NCBI GenBank assembly: GCA_965221775.1
Contig: CBDCSU010000004.1
Span: 352,001 to 416,000, forward strand
Length of the DNA: 64,000 nucleotides
Direction: 5' to 3'
Source of the DNA: Candidatus Latescibacterota bacterium
GTDB lineage: Bacteria > Latescibacterota > UBA2968 > UBA8231
This document shows positions 28,839 to 38,675 of the stretch, piece by piece (positions within the stretch are counted from its first letter, which is position 1; every line of letters starts with the position of its first letter). Below the pieces are notes generated by a model. That model did no database searches. It saw only the letters and a list, made by a program, of their open reading frames with translations, and was not told the origin of the DNA. A program made the translations under genes and the position numbers.

Positions 28839-30338
28839 ATGAACGCTGAGTTCAACATCATCGAAGCCTTGGGCCAGATCGCGCGCGAGAAGAACGTGGA
28901 TCGCGAGATGGTCATCCAGACCCTGGCCGACGCCCTCGTCTCGGCTGCCAAGAGGCGCTACGGCAACGTCGACAACTTCGAGGTCCAGACCGATCCGGCG
29001 AGTGGCCGCATGCGGGTGGTGGCCCGCAAGACCGTCGTGGAGGAGGTGAGCGTCCCCGAGCTCGAGATCGAGATCGAGGAGGCCCGCCATATCGATCACC
29101 AGGCCCAGATCGGCTCGGTGGTCTTCCAAGAGCTGAACCTCGCCGACTTCGGCCGCAACGCCATCCAGACGGCCAAGCAGATCCTGATCCAGCGCGTGCG
29201 CGAGGCCGAGCGCGAGCACATCTACGAGGAGTTCGCCAGCCGCATCGGCAAGATCGAGTCCGGCACGGTACAGCAGATCAGCCACGGCGACATCATCATG
29301 AATCTCGGACGCGCCGAAGCCGCCGTCCCCCTCAAGGAGCAGATCCGCCGCGAGCGCTATCGCCAGGGCGACACCGTGCGCGGCTACATCTTCGAGATCC
29401 TCAAGTCGAGCCGGGGCCCACAGGTACTGCTCTCCCGGACCCATCCCGAGTTCCTGCGCAAGCTGTTCTCCCTCGAGGTCCCGGAGATCGCGGAAGGGAT
29501 CGTGACCATCCACGCCGTGGCCCGGGAGCCGGGGGAGCGGGCCAAGATCGCGGTGAGCTCCAACGACGAGCGGGTCGATCCGGTCGGTGCCTGCGTCGGC
29601 GTCAAGGGTTCGAGGGTACAGGCGATCGTCCGCGAGCTCTCCGGAGAGCGGATCGACATCGTCCCCTGGATCGACGAGGCCGACATCTTCATCTCCCGGG
29701 CCCTGGGGCCGGCCACGGTGTCGCGGGTCATCACCGACGGCCGCCGCCACCATGCCCAGGTGATCGTCGAGGAAGAGCAGCTCTCCCTCGCCATCGGCAA
29801 GTCCGGACAGAACTCCCGGCTCGCCGTTCAACTCACGGGCTGGGGCCTGGACATCATCACAGACGAGGAGTATCAGCGGCGCCTCCGGAGGTTGGAGGAG
29901 AGCAAAGTGGAGTTGCGACGCCTGGAAGGCGTCAGTGAGCTCATCTCCCTCAGTCTGGCGACCTCGGGCTTCATATCCATCCGGGGCATCGCCCAGGCCG
30001 AGGTCGACATGCTGCGCACTGTCCCCGGCCTGGAGGGAGAGGGGGAAGCGGCCCGCTTGAAGGGGCTGGCGGTCGCCTATACCGAGCAGGCGGAGGTCTC
30101 CGGCGAGGAGCTCAGGCCGGCCACCCTCGAGGAGCTGGAGGCCGCCGAGAGGGCCGCCGCCGAGGCTCGGGCGGCCCAGTTGGCCCGGGCCCGTGGGGAG
30201 GAGGAGGCCGAAGACGATGGTGCGCCCGTGGAGGATTCGGGCGGCGAGGACGAAGAGGGAGGCGGGAGCGAAGCTGTGAGCGCAGCCCCCGGGGAGGCCG
30301 AGGCCCCCAGCACGCGCGGTCCCTTCGAAACCAGTTGA
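28839..30338 (+). CDS. nusA: Transcription termination factor NusA
   Basis: Motifs FGRNAIQTAKQ, AREPGERAKIAV, DPVGACVGVKGSR and SLAIGKSGQN. Confidence 0.96.
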   Translation: MNAEFNIIEALGQIAREKNVDREMVIQTLADALVSAAKRRYGNVDNFEVQTDPASGRMRVVARKTVVEEVSVPELEIEIEEARHIDHQAQIGSVVFQELNLADFGRNAIQTAKQILIQRVREAEREHIYEEFASRIGKIESGTVQQISHGDIIMNLGRAEAAVPLKEQIRRERYRQGDTVRGYIFEILKSSRGPQVLLSRTHPEFLRKLFSLEVPEIAEGIVTIHAVAREPGERAKIAVSSNDERVDPVGACVGVKGSRVQAIVRELSGERIDIVPWIDEADIFISRALGPATVSRVITDGRRHHAQVIVEEEQLSLAIGKSGQNSRLAVQLTGWGLDIITDEEYQRRLRRLEESKVELRRLEGVSELISLSLATSGFISIRGIAQAEVDMLRTVPGLEGEGEAARLKGLAVAYTEQAEVSGEELRPATLEELEAAERAAAEARAAQLARARGEEEAEDDGAPVEDSGGEDEEGGGSEAVSAAPGEAEAPSTRGPFETS

Positions 30339-30364
30339 CCGGGTAAGCGGATCGAGGAGCTCCT

Positions 30365-32773
30365 TTGGAAAAACGCCGGGTATATCAGGTAGCGAAGGAG
30401 AAGAAGCTCTCCAGCGATGCCCTCATCTCAATGCTGAAAGGGATGGGGCAGGAGGTGAAGAGCCACATGAGTGTGGTGACTCCCGAGATGCTGGAGGCGA
30501 TCACCAGGAAGATCGACGAGGAGAAGCAGTCCTCGATCGAGGAGGTGCAGCGGCAGAAGGTCAAGGAGACCCAGCGCAAGGCCGAGGCTCGAGCCGCGCG
30601 CCAGCCCACGGATTCCAAGGAGGAGAGCAAGCCGCGGGACGGCCGCGCCACCGGACGCCGACCCGACCCGGCCCCGCGCCCCGGGATGCCCGCCCCGGCG
30701 CCCGAGCGCCCCGAAGAGGGCCGTCGCCGCAAGCGGCGGGGGGGCAAGGTCGACGAGGAGATGCTCAACGAGCTGCGCGAGACCCACACCGCGGACCGGC
30801 CGGCGGAGAAGGCTCCCGCCAGTTCCGACGTCAGCGGTCGCTGGCGGTCCGGCGGAGGCCGCCAGAGGCGCCGCAAGCAGGTCGATTCGCAGGCGGTCCA
30901 GGAGAGCGTCCGCAAGACCCTGAGCCAGATCAGCGAAGGACGCACGCGCCGGCGCTACGACCGCTCGCGCGACGAGGGGGGGGAGGAGGACGAGTCTCCG
31001 GAGACCCAGGTCCTCCACATCAACGAGTTCGCCACCGTCGGTGAGTTGGCAGAGGCCCTGCACGTCCGGCCGGCGGAGGTGATTGCCGTCTGCCTGCATC
31101 TGGGCGTGGTGGTGACGATCAACCAGCGTCTCGACATGGACACCATGGTGACCGTGGCCGACGAGTTCGGGTACGAGATCAAGCGTCTGGAGGCCGCCGA
31201 GGAAGAAGAAGCGGAGGACTTCGGGGACGATGACCTGGCCGACGAAGGAGACGTGGGAGATCCCGCTCCTCGGCCGCCCGTGGTCACTGTCATGGGACAC
31301 GTGGACCACGGCAAGACGTCCTTGCTCGACTACCTGCGCAAGACCAACGTCGTCAAGGGCGAGTCCGGGGGAATCACACAGCACATCGGCGCCTACTCCG
31401 TCCGGGTCTCCGAGGGACGGTCCATCACCTTCCTCGATACGCCCGGCCACGCCGCCTTCACCGCCATGCGGGCCCGCGGGGCCCGCATCACCGACCTCGT
31501 CATCCTCATCGTCGCCGCCGACGACAGTGTCATGCCCCAGACGATCGAGGCCATCGACCATGCCCGGGCGGCCCAGGTGCCGATCGTCGTGGCCATCAAC
31601 AAGATCGATCTGCCCACCGCCGACCCGGAACGCATCAGGCGCGAACTGGCCGAGCACAACGTCCTCGTCGAAGGTTGGGGGGGGCAGGTCTCCTGCGCCG
31701 AGATCTCGGCCACCACCGGCGCGGGGATCGAACAACTCCTCGAAGCGGTTCTGCTCGAGGCCGACGTTCTGGAGTTGAAGGCCTTCCCGGAGAAACGGGC
31801 GCGGGGCACGGTCGTGGAGGGTCAGCTCGACCGGGGTCGAGGCGCCGTGGCCACCGTTCTAGTCGAGGATGGCACCCTGAGCCAGGGCGATCCCTTTGTC
31901 ACCGGCATGTACGGGGGCCGCGTGCGGGCCCTGATGGACGAGCAGAATGCCCGCCTCAAGTCAGCCGGCCCCGGGCAACCGGTCCAGGTCCTGGGGCTGG
32001 GCGGTGTCCCCCAGGCGGGCGAGGTATTCACCGTCGTCCCCTCGGAGCGCGATGCCAAGGCCATCGTCACCAGGCGCCAGCAGATCAAGCGGGAGCAGGA
32101 CGCCCGCAGGAGGAGCCTGACCCTCGGCGACCTGCAGCACCAGATCCAGGAAGGCCGCATCAAGGACCTCAACGTCGTGGTCAAGGGCGACGTGGACGGT
32201 TCGGTGGAGGCGATCACCCAGGAGCTGGGCGGCATCACCCACGAGGAGGTGCGCATCGCCGTCATCCACGCTGCCGTCGGTCCCGTATCGGACAACGACG
32301 TGATGCTGGCCTCGGCCTCGGGGGCGGTAATCATCGCTTTTCATGTGACCATCGAGAGTTCCGCGGCGGCCATGGCCGAGGAGAACGGCGTCGAGATCCG
32401 CGAGTACAGCGTGATCTACGAGGTCGTGGAGGAGTTGAGGGCCGCCCTTGGCGGCCTCCTCGCCCCGAGCCTCGAGGAGCGCATCATCGGCACCGTCGAG
32501 GTGCGCCAGCTGTTCTCCTCCTCCCGGGCCGGCAACATCGCCGGGTGCTACGTGCAGGACGGCCGGATCGCCCGCAGCAACTCGGTCCGGCTGCGCCGCG
32601 AGGAAGAGATCGTCTGGGAAGGCCGCATCGCCTCGCTGCGGCGGTTCAAGGACGACGTGCGCGAAGTGCTCGAAGGTTTCGAGTGCGGGATCGCCCTGGA
32701 GGGACACAACGATGTCCGCGAGGGAGACCTGATCGAGGCGGTGGACGTCGTCGAAACCGTGCGGACCCTGTAG
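30365..32773 (+). CDS. infB: Translation initiation factor IF-2
   Basis: Motifs RPPVVTVMGHVDHGKT, GGITQHIGAY, DTPGHAAF and SLRRFKDDV. Confidence 0.97.
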   Translation: MEKRRVYQVAKEKKLSSDALISMLKGMGQEVKSHMSVVTPEMLEAITRKIDEEKQSSIEEVQRQKVKETQRKAEARAARQPTDSKEESKPRDGRATGRRPDPAPRPGMPAPAPERPEEGRRRKRRGGKVDEEMLNELRETHTADRPAEKAPASSDVSGRWRSGGGRQRRRKQVDSQAVQESVRKTLSQISEGRTRRRYDRSRDEGGEEDESPETQVLHINEFATVGELAEALHVRPAEVIAVCLHLGVVVTINQRLDMDTMVTVADEFGYEIKRLEAAEEEEAEDFGDDDLADEGDVGDPAPRPPVVTVMGHVDHGKTSLLDYLRKTNVVKGESGGITQHIGAYSVRVSEGRSITFLDTPGHAAFTAMRARGARITDLVILIVAADDSVMPQTIEAIDHARAAQVPIVVAINKIDLPTADPERIRRELAEHNVLVEGWGGQVSCAEISATTGAGIEQLLEAVLLEADVLELKAFPEKRARGTVVEGQLDRGRGAVATVLVEDGTLSQGDPFVTGMYGGRVRALMDEQNARLKSAGPGQPVQVLGLGGVPQAGEVFTVVPSERDAKAIVTRRQQIKREQDARRRSLTLGDLQHQIQEGRIKDLNVVVKGDVDGSVEAITQELGGITHEEVRIAVIHAAVGPVSDNDVMLASASGAVIIAFHVTIESSAAAMAEENGVEIREYSVIYEVVEELRAALGGLLAPSLEERIIGTVEVRQLFSSSRAGNIAGCYVQDGRIARSNSVRLRREEEIVWEGRIASLRRFKDDVREVLEGFECGIALEGHNDVREGDLIEAVDVVETVRTL

Positions 32774-32791
32774 AGTTGTCCCTCGGGTGCC

Positions 32792-33073
32792 GTGGTCGTT
32801 CTGGTCAGCGAGGTGCAGTTGTATCTGCCCGACGCCCACTCCCTCAAGCAGAAGCGCCAGGTGCTCAACAGCATCAAGGAACGCCTGCACAACCGGTTTC
32901 ACCTCTCCGTGGCGGAGATCGATCACGCCGATCTGTGGCAGCGCAGCACCCTCGGCATGGCCGTGGTGAGCAACTCCGGAAGGCAGGCCGACGAGGTTCT
33001 GGCCAAAGCGGTGAATTTCATCGAATCCGACGGTCGGGTGCAGATCATCGACTACACCATAGAGGAGCGCTGA
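32792..33073 (+). CDS. DUF503 (YlxP-like) protein
   Basis: Motif HSLKQKRQV...SVAEIDHADLWQR. Typical position between infB and rbfA. Confidence 0.88.
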   Translation: MVVLVSEVQLYLPDAHSLKQKRQVLNSIKERLHNRFHLSVAEIDHADLWQRSTLGMAVVSNSGRQADEVLAKAVNFIESDGRVQIIDYTIEER

Positions 33074-33075
33074 CC

Positions 33076-33459
33076 TTGGCAGGCACCCACCGCGTGCAGC
33101 GCGTGCGCCTGCAGTTGCTGCGGGAACTGGGCGAGATCGTGCGGCGGCTGCGGGACCCGCGCCTCGGGTTTGTGACCGTCATGGACGTGGAGATCCCCAG
33201 CGACGACCTGAGCCACGCCACTCTCTTCGTCAGCGTCCTCGGCGACGCAAGAGAGCAGGAGCATGCAATGGCCGCGCTGGAGAGCGCCCTCGGGTACATC
33301 CGCCGCGAGTTGGCCCGGCGGTTGACGATCCGGCACGTGCCCGAGCTCGCTGTCCGCTACGACCACACCTCGGAGCGCGCGGCCCGGGTCAACGCCATCA
33401 TCGACGGGCTGCCCGGCACCGGGGGCCGCACGGCGGAGGCTCCGCCGCCTCGTGGATGA
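33076..33459 (+). CDS. rbfA: Ribosome-binding factor A
   Basis: Motifs DPRLGFVTV..VE...DLSHA and RHVPELAVRYD. TTG start. Confidence 0.92.
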   Translation: MAGTHRVQRVRLQLLRELGEIVRRLRDPRLGFVTVMDVEIPSDDLSHATLFVSVLGDAREQEHAMAALESALGYIRRELARRLTIRHVPELAVRYDHTSERAARVNAIIDGLPGTGGRTAEAPPPRG

Positions 33460-34346
33460 CCGTGGAGGGGACCGGGGGCGTCCTCGTCGTCGACAAGCCC
33501 ACCGGGCCGACGTCGCACGATGTGGTGGCCAGGACTCGCCGGGTCCTCGGGATCCGACGAGTCGGACACTGCGGCACCCTCGATCCCCTGGCCACGGGCG
33601 TTCTCGTCCTCTGCGTGGGCCCCATGACCCGGTTCAGCCGCTGGCTGACCGGCGGCGACAAGGAATACGAGGCCTGCTTCCGCCTCGGGGCGACCAGCGA
33701 TACCGACGACGCCCTCGGCGAGATCACCGAAACGCCTGGCGCGAAACCGATGCCGCGGAGCGGGATCGAAACCGTCCTGAAGCGCTTCCTCGGGGTCATC
33801 GATCAGGTGCCGCCCGAGCACTCGGCGGTGCGTGTCCGCGGCGTCCGCAGCTACCACCGGGCCCGGCGCGGAGAGGCCACGGGGCTGGTGGCGCGGCCGG
33901 TCCGCATCGACCGGTTCGAGATCACCGGCTACGAGCCGCCCCGGTTGCGCGTGCGGGTACAGTGCGGCCAGGGCACCTACATCCGCTCCCTGGCGCGGGA
34001 CCTGGGCCGGGCCCTCGGCTGTGGCGGCCTGGTGGAACAGCTGAGGCGCCTGCGCGTGGGTGCGCTGACGATTCGCGATGCCGTCGAATGGGCGGCCCTG
34101 GAGCGGCCGGCCGCGCCGGGCATGTTTCTGGACGCACGCAGGGCCTTGTGCGGAATCCTCGGCTTCGTCGAGATCGACGGGGGAAGGGCCGATTCCTTCT
34201 TCCATGGGCAGCCCGTACCGGTAGAGGCGTGCCCCGGAGAGAAGGCGGTCTTTCACGAGGCCGGTTTTCTCGGCGTGGGACAAGTCGACGAGGAGGGCCG
34301 ACTGCGCCCCCTCAGAGTGGTGGCCGAGTGGCCCGCCCTGCCATGA
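33456..34346 (+). CDS. truB: tRNA pseudouridine(55) synthase
   Basis: Motifs DKPTGPTSHDVV, GHCGTLDPLATG and GTYIRSLARD. Confidence 0.95.
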   Translation: MTVEGTGGVLVVDKPTGPTSHDVVARTRRVLGIRRVGHCGTLDPLATGVLVLCVGPMTRFSRWLTGGDKEYEACFRLGATSDTDDALGEITETPGAKPMPRSGIETVLKRFLGVIDQVPPEHSAVRVRGVRSYHRARRGEATGLVARPVRIDRFEITGYEPPRLRVRVQCGQGTYIRSLARDLGRALGCGGLVEQLRRLRVGALTIRDAVEWAALERPAAPGMFLDARRALCGILGFVEIDGGRADSFFHGQPVPVEACPGEKAVFHEAGFLGVGQVDEEGRLRPLRVVAEWPALP

Positions 34347-34753
34347 GCGGGCCTCCGAGGGCGCCGCGGCAGGACGCCGGCGGCCAGGGCCCTTCGGAGA
34401 TGACCCTGGAGGGCACCGTCGTCCGGGGCGAGGGCCGGGGCCGGCGGCTCGGGTTTCCTACCGCCAACCTGCGGGTTGCTGCCGGTACGGAGCCGCCGCA
34501 AGGCGTCTTCGCGGCCCGGGTCCATCGGGCCGGAGTCGAGTTCGCAGCCGTCGCCAACATCGGCACACGCCCGACCTTCGATGGACAGGAGGTCTCGGTG
34601 GAGGTGCATCTACTGGACTTCGAGGGAGACCTGTACGATGAGCGGCTGCGCGTCACCCTCGAACGCCGTCTTCGGGGCGAAAGGCGCTTCGACACGGTCG
34701 AGGAACTGCGGCGCCAGATCGCCGGAGATATCCAGCAGGCCCGTTCCCGATGA
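34343..34753 (+). CDS. Riboflavin kinase (stand-alone C-terminal RibF domain)
   Basis: Motifs GRRLGFPTANL, NIGTRPTF, EVHLLDF.GDLY and LRGERRF. There is no FMN adenylyltransferase domain. The start is 34343 or 34400. Confidence 0.85.
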   Translation: MSGPPRAPRQDAGGQGPSEMTLEGTVVRGEGRGRRLGFPTANLRVAAGTEPPQGVFAARVHRAGVEFAAVANIGTRPTFDGQEVSVEVHLLDFEGDLYDERLRVTLERRLRGERRFDTVEELRRQIAGDIQQARSR

Positions 34754-34789
34754 GGGAGGGCTCACACAACAACATCGGAGGCAAGGACG

Positions 34790-35059
34790 TTGTCGATCAC
34801 CGCTGAACGCAGGAAAGAGCTGGTTGTGAAGTTCGGAGAGAAAGAGGCCGACACGGGGTCGGCGGCGGTGCAGATCGCCATCCTCTCCGAGCGCATCCGC
34901 AATCTCACCGAGCACCTTCGGGTGCACGGCCGCGACTTCGCCACCCGGCGCGGCTTGCTGAAGCTCATCGGGCGGCGGCGGCGCTTGCAGCAGTACCTGC
35001 AGGGGAAGTCGCCCGAGGCTTACGCGGCACTGATCAGGAACCTCGATCTGCGGCGCTGA
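34790..35059 (+). CDS. rpsO: 30S ribosomal protein S15
   Basis: 89 aa with DTGSAAVQIAIL and RRGLLKLIGRRRRL. Confidence 0.96.
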   Translation: MSITAERRKELVVKFGEKEADTGSAAVQIAILSERIRNLTEHLRVHGRDFATRRGLLKLIGRRRRLQQYLQGKSPEAYAALIRNLDLRR

Positions 35060-35167
35060 AGTCCCTGGCGCCGAAGCCAGGTCCGGACACGAACGATCCG
35101 TCACCCTCCTTCTGCCAGGGATGGCGGGTCCCACCCAAGAACGCCACACAGGAAAGCACCGAGAGAG

Positions 35168-37243
35168 ATGACACACAAAGTCGAGATGGACTGGGGAGGA
35201 CGCACGCTCTCCCTGGAGAGCGGCAAGGTCGCCGCGAGAGCCAACGGAGCCGTGTGGGTCCGGTACGCGGACACCATCGTGCTGGTCACCGCATGCAGGT
35301 CCCATCGCGCCGAGGACAGAGGTTTTCTGCCCCTGACCGTGGAGTACCGCGAGAAGGCGTACGCCGCCGGCCACATTCCCGGGAACTTCTTCAAACGGGA
35401 AGGCCGCATGGGGGAGAAGGAAACCCTGAGCGCGCGGATGATCGACCACATGATCCGCCCCCTGTTCCCCAAGAAGTTCCCCCACGAGATCCAGGTCTTC
35501 GTCTCAGTCCTCTCTGCCGACGGCGAGAACGACGCTGACATCATCGGGATGGTCGGGGCCTCGGCGGCCCTTTGCCTCTCCGACCTCCCCTTCGAGGGGC
35601 CCATCGCCGCTCTCCGAGTCGGGCGCGTCGACGGCGATCTGATCGTCAACCCCACCCTCTCGCAACTCGAAGAGAGCGACATGGACCTCATCATCTCGGG
35701 TGACCGGGACAGCATCGGGTCCGTCGAAGGAGGCGCCGAGGAGATCTCGGAAGCCGCCCTCCTGGAGGCCCTCGAGTTCGCTCATGAGCACATCCAGGAG
35801 ATCCTCGATCTCCAGGAGGACCTCGCCGAGAAGGCGGGGCGCCAGAAGATGGAGTACTCGCCGCCGGTCATCGACGCCGAGTTGGTGAAGGCGGTGGAGG
35901 CAGCCGCCGCGCAGCGGATCTCCGAGGCGAACCGCTGCGGAGACCGCGACAAGCGCGGCACCCTGATCGAGCAGATGGAAGCCGAGGTCGCCGCCGAGTT
36001 GGAGGAGCGTTTCCCCGACTCGGGCAAGGCCATCGGCGAATTGCTCTACGACATGACCAAGGCGGACATGCGTAGAATGGTGCTGAGCGAGCAGCGCCGC
36101 ATCGACGGCCGCAAGCTCGACGAGGTCCGGGAGGTGACCTGCGAGGTCGGAGTCCTGCCCCGGGCGCATGGCTCGGCCCTGTTCACCCGGGGCCAGACCC
36201 AGGCCCTGTGCACCTCGACCTTGGGGAACAAGTTCGACGAGAGGATGATCGAGGACCTGCGGGGCAAGGCCTTCAAGTCCTATTACCTCGACTACAACTT
36301 CCCCTCCTACAGCACCGACGAGGTCTCCTTTCCCAGGGGTCCCGGGCGGCGGGAGATCGGGCACGGCCACCTGGCCGAGCGGGCCCTGGAGCCCGTGGTC
36401 CCGGTGGTGGAGTCCTTCCCGTACACCGTCCGGCTGGTCTCCGACATCCAGTCATCCAATGGATCCACGTCGATGGCCACCGTGTGCGGCAGCTCCCTGG
36501 CCCTCATGGACGCCGGCATCCCGATCAAGTCCGCCGTCACCGCTTCCGGCGTCGGTCTCATCAGCGAGGGGGAGGAGTACGCCATCCTCACCGACATCCT
36601 CGGCGACGAGGACTTTCTCGGCGACATGGATCTGAAGGTGGCGGGCACCGAGGAGGGGATCACGGCGGTGCAGATGGAGAACAAGATCGCCGGCATCCGC
36701 CTCGAGATTCTGGAGGAAGCCCTCGAGCGGGCCCGCGCGGGGCGCATGCACATCCTCGATGTCATGAACGCCTGCATCGACACCCATCGGGCCGAGCTGT
36801 CCCGCCACGCGCCGCGTATCGAGTTCCTCAAGATCGACCAGGAGAAGATCGGCGCCGTCATCGGCCCGGGGGGCCGGACGATCCGCGAGATCGAGAAGAG
36901 CGGCGCCAGCGTCAGTGTCGAGGACGACGGCACGATCACCATCTCCGCCGTCGAGGCGGAGGCCGCGGACCAGGCGCGGGGGATGATCGAGGCGGTCACG
37001 GCGGAGGCCGAGATCGGCGCCGAGTACGAGGGCACGGTGAAGCGGATCATGCCCTTCGGCGCCTTCGTCGAGATCCTTCCCGGCAAGGAGGGGTTGCTCC
37101 ATATCTCCGAGCTCGACCACCGCCGCGTCGACACGGTGGAGGACGTCGTCGCCGAGGGAGACCAGGTGGCGGTGAAGGTTCTCGACATCGACAACGCCGG
37201 CAAGATCCGGCTCAGCCGCAAGGCGATGCTGCCGAGGAGCTGA
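35168..37243 (+). CDS. pnp: Polyribonucleotide nucleotidyltransferase
   Basis: Motifs [29 protein letters not shown] and GDMDLKVAG, plus KH and S1 domains. Confidence 0.97.
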   Translation: MTHKVEMDWGGRTLSLESGKVAARANGAVWVRYADTIVLVTACRSHRAEDRGFLPLTVEYREKAYAAGHIPGNFFKREGRMGEKETLSARMIDHMIRPLFPKKFPHEIQVFVSVLSADGENDADIIGMVGASAALCLSDLPFEGPIAALRVGRVDGDLIVNPTLSQLEESDMDLIISGDRDSIGSVEGGAEEISEAALLEALEFAHEHIQEILDLQEDLAEKAGRQKMEYSPPVIDAELVKAVEAAAAQRISEANRCGDRDKRGTLIEQMEAEVAAELEERFPDSGKAIGELLYDMTKADMRRMVLSEQRRIDGRKLDEVREVTCEVGVLPRAHGSALFTRGQTQALCTSTLGNKFDERMIEDLRGKAFKSYYLDYNFPSYSTDEVSFPRGPGRREIGHGHLAERALEPVVPVVESFPYTVRLVSDIQSSNGSTSMATVCGSSLALMDAGIPIKSAVTASGVGLISEGEEYAILTDILGDEDFLGDMDLKVAGTEEGITAVQMENKIAGIRLEILEEALERARAGRMHILDVMNACIDTHRAELSRHAPRIEFLKIDQEKIGAVIGPGGRTIREIEKSGASVSVEDDGTITISAVEAEAADQARGMIEAVTAEAEIGAEYEGTVKRIMPFGAFVEILPGKEGLLHISELDHRRVDTVEDVVAEGDQVAVKVLDIDNAGKIRLSRKAMLPRS

Positions 37244-37343
37244 CCTTCGGAAGAGGCGGCGCGACAGGCGCGGAAAGAAGACTACCGAAGCTCGCGGCAG
37301 GCCCTCGGCATCGGTAGTCTTTCTGTTGAAGGAGTGGACGATC

Positions 37344-38672
37344 GTGGGTGACGACCGTTCAGCACAGCCGGACGTGACCATCTGCCGGGTCGCCGAGATC
37401 GCGGAGAGGGAAGGGGAACGCGTGCAGCTCTCCGGCTGGATCTACAACAGCCGCTCCAGCGGCAAGCTTCACTTCCTGCAGGTGCGCGACGGCTCCGGCA
37501 TCGTCCAGTGTGTCATCTTCCAGGGAGAGGTGGCGCCGGAGGTCTTCACAGGGTGCCATCAACTGCCCCAGGAGACGGCGGTGGTCGTACGGGGCCGGGT
37601 GCGCGCCGATCCGCGTTCGCCCCTCGGTTACGAGGTGGGGGTGGAGGACCTGGAGGTGGTCCATCGGTCCGAAGAGTACCCCATCTCGCCCAAGGAGCAC
37701 GGCGTCGCTTTTCTGCTGGAGCATCGCCACCTGTGGCTGCGCTCGGTGCGTCCCAACGCCGTGCTGCGGGTGCGCGCCGTGGTCATCGACGCCTGCAGGG
37801 AGTACATGCGGCGCGAGGGCTTCCTCCTCATCGACGCCCCGGTCCTCACCCCCGCCGCCTGTGAGGGAACGACCACCCTCTTCGAGACCGACTACTTCGG
37901 CGAGACGGCCTACCTCACCCAGAGCGGCCAGCTCTACATGGAGGCTGCGGCCATGGCCTTCGGCAAGGTATACTGCTTCGGCCCCACCTTCCGCGCCGAG
38001 AAGTCGAAGACGCGGCGCCACCTCACCGAGTTCTGGATGATCGAACCCGAGATGGCTTACTGCGATCTGGCGGGCAACATGGAGGTCGCCGAGGGGTTGG
38101 TGACGCACGTGGTGCGAAGGGTCCTCGCCGAGTGCCGGCACGACCTCGAGGCGTTGGAACGCGACCCGGCGCCCCTGGAACGGACCGCCGAGGGACAGCC
38201 TTTCCCGCGGATCTCCTACGGGGAGGCGATCGAGATCCTGCGCGAGGAAGGAAGCGATCTGCCCTGGGGAAGCGATCTCGGCGGCGACGACGAGACCCTG
38301 CTGTCGAAGCGCTTCGATCGGCCCGTCCTCGTGCATCGCTATCCGGCGCAGGTGAAGGCCTTCTACATGAAGTCCGATCCCGAGGACCGGCGCCTCGCCC
38401 TGTGCGTGGACATGATCGCTCCCGAGGGATACGGTGAGATCATCGGCGGCGGCCAGCGCGAGGACGACCTGCGGGTCCTCGAAACACGCATCGCCGAGCA
38501 CGGGCTCCCAGCCGAGGCCTTCGCCTGGTACCTCGACCTGAGGCGCTACGGCTCCGTGCCCCATGCCGGCTTCGGCATGGGCATCGAGCGCGTCGTGGCG
38601 TGGCTGTGCGGCACCCGGCACGTGCGCGAGACGATTCCCTTTCCCAGAACCCTGCAGAGGCTGTACCCCTGA
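37344..38672 (+). CDS. asnS: Asparagine--tRNA ligase
   Basis: Motifs [26 protein letters not shown] and [15 protein letters not shown] at 37344 follows GAAGGAG; the ORF is open from 37326. Confidence 0.94.
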   Translation: MGDDRSAQPDVTICRVAEIAEREGERVQLSGWIYNSRSSGKLHFLQVRDGSGIVQCVIFQGEVAPEVFTGCHQLPQETAVVVRGRVRADPRSPLGYEVGVEDLEVVHRSEEYPISPKEHGVAFLLEHRHLWLRSVRPNAVLRVRAVVIDACREYMRREGFLLIDAPVLTPAACEGTTTLFETDYFGETAYLTQSGQLYMEAAAMAFGKVYCFGPTFRAEKSKTRRHLTEFWMIEPEMAYCDLAGNMEVAEGLVTHVVRRVLAECRHDLEALERDPAPLERTAEGQPFPRISYGEAIEILREEGSDLPWGSDLGGDDETLLSKRFDRPVLVHRYPAQVKAFYMKSDPEDRRLALCVDMIAPEGYGEIIGGGQREDDLRVLETRIAEHGLPAEAFAWYLDLRRYGSVPHAGFGMGIERVVAWLCGTRHVRETIPFPRTLQRLYP

Positions 38673-38675
38673 TCG

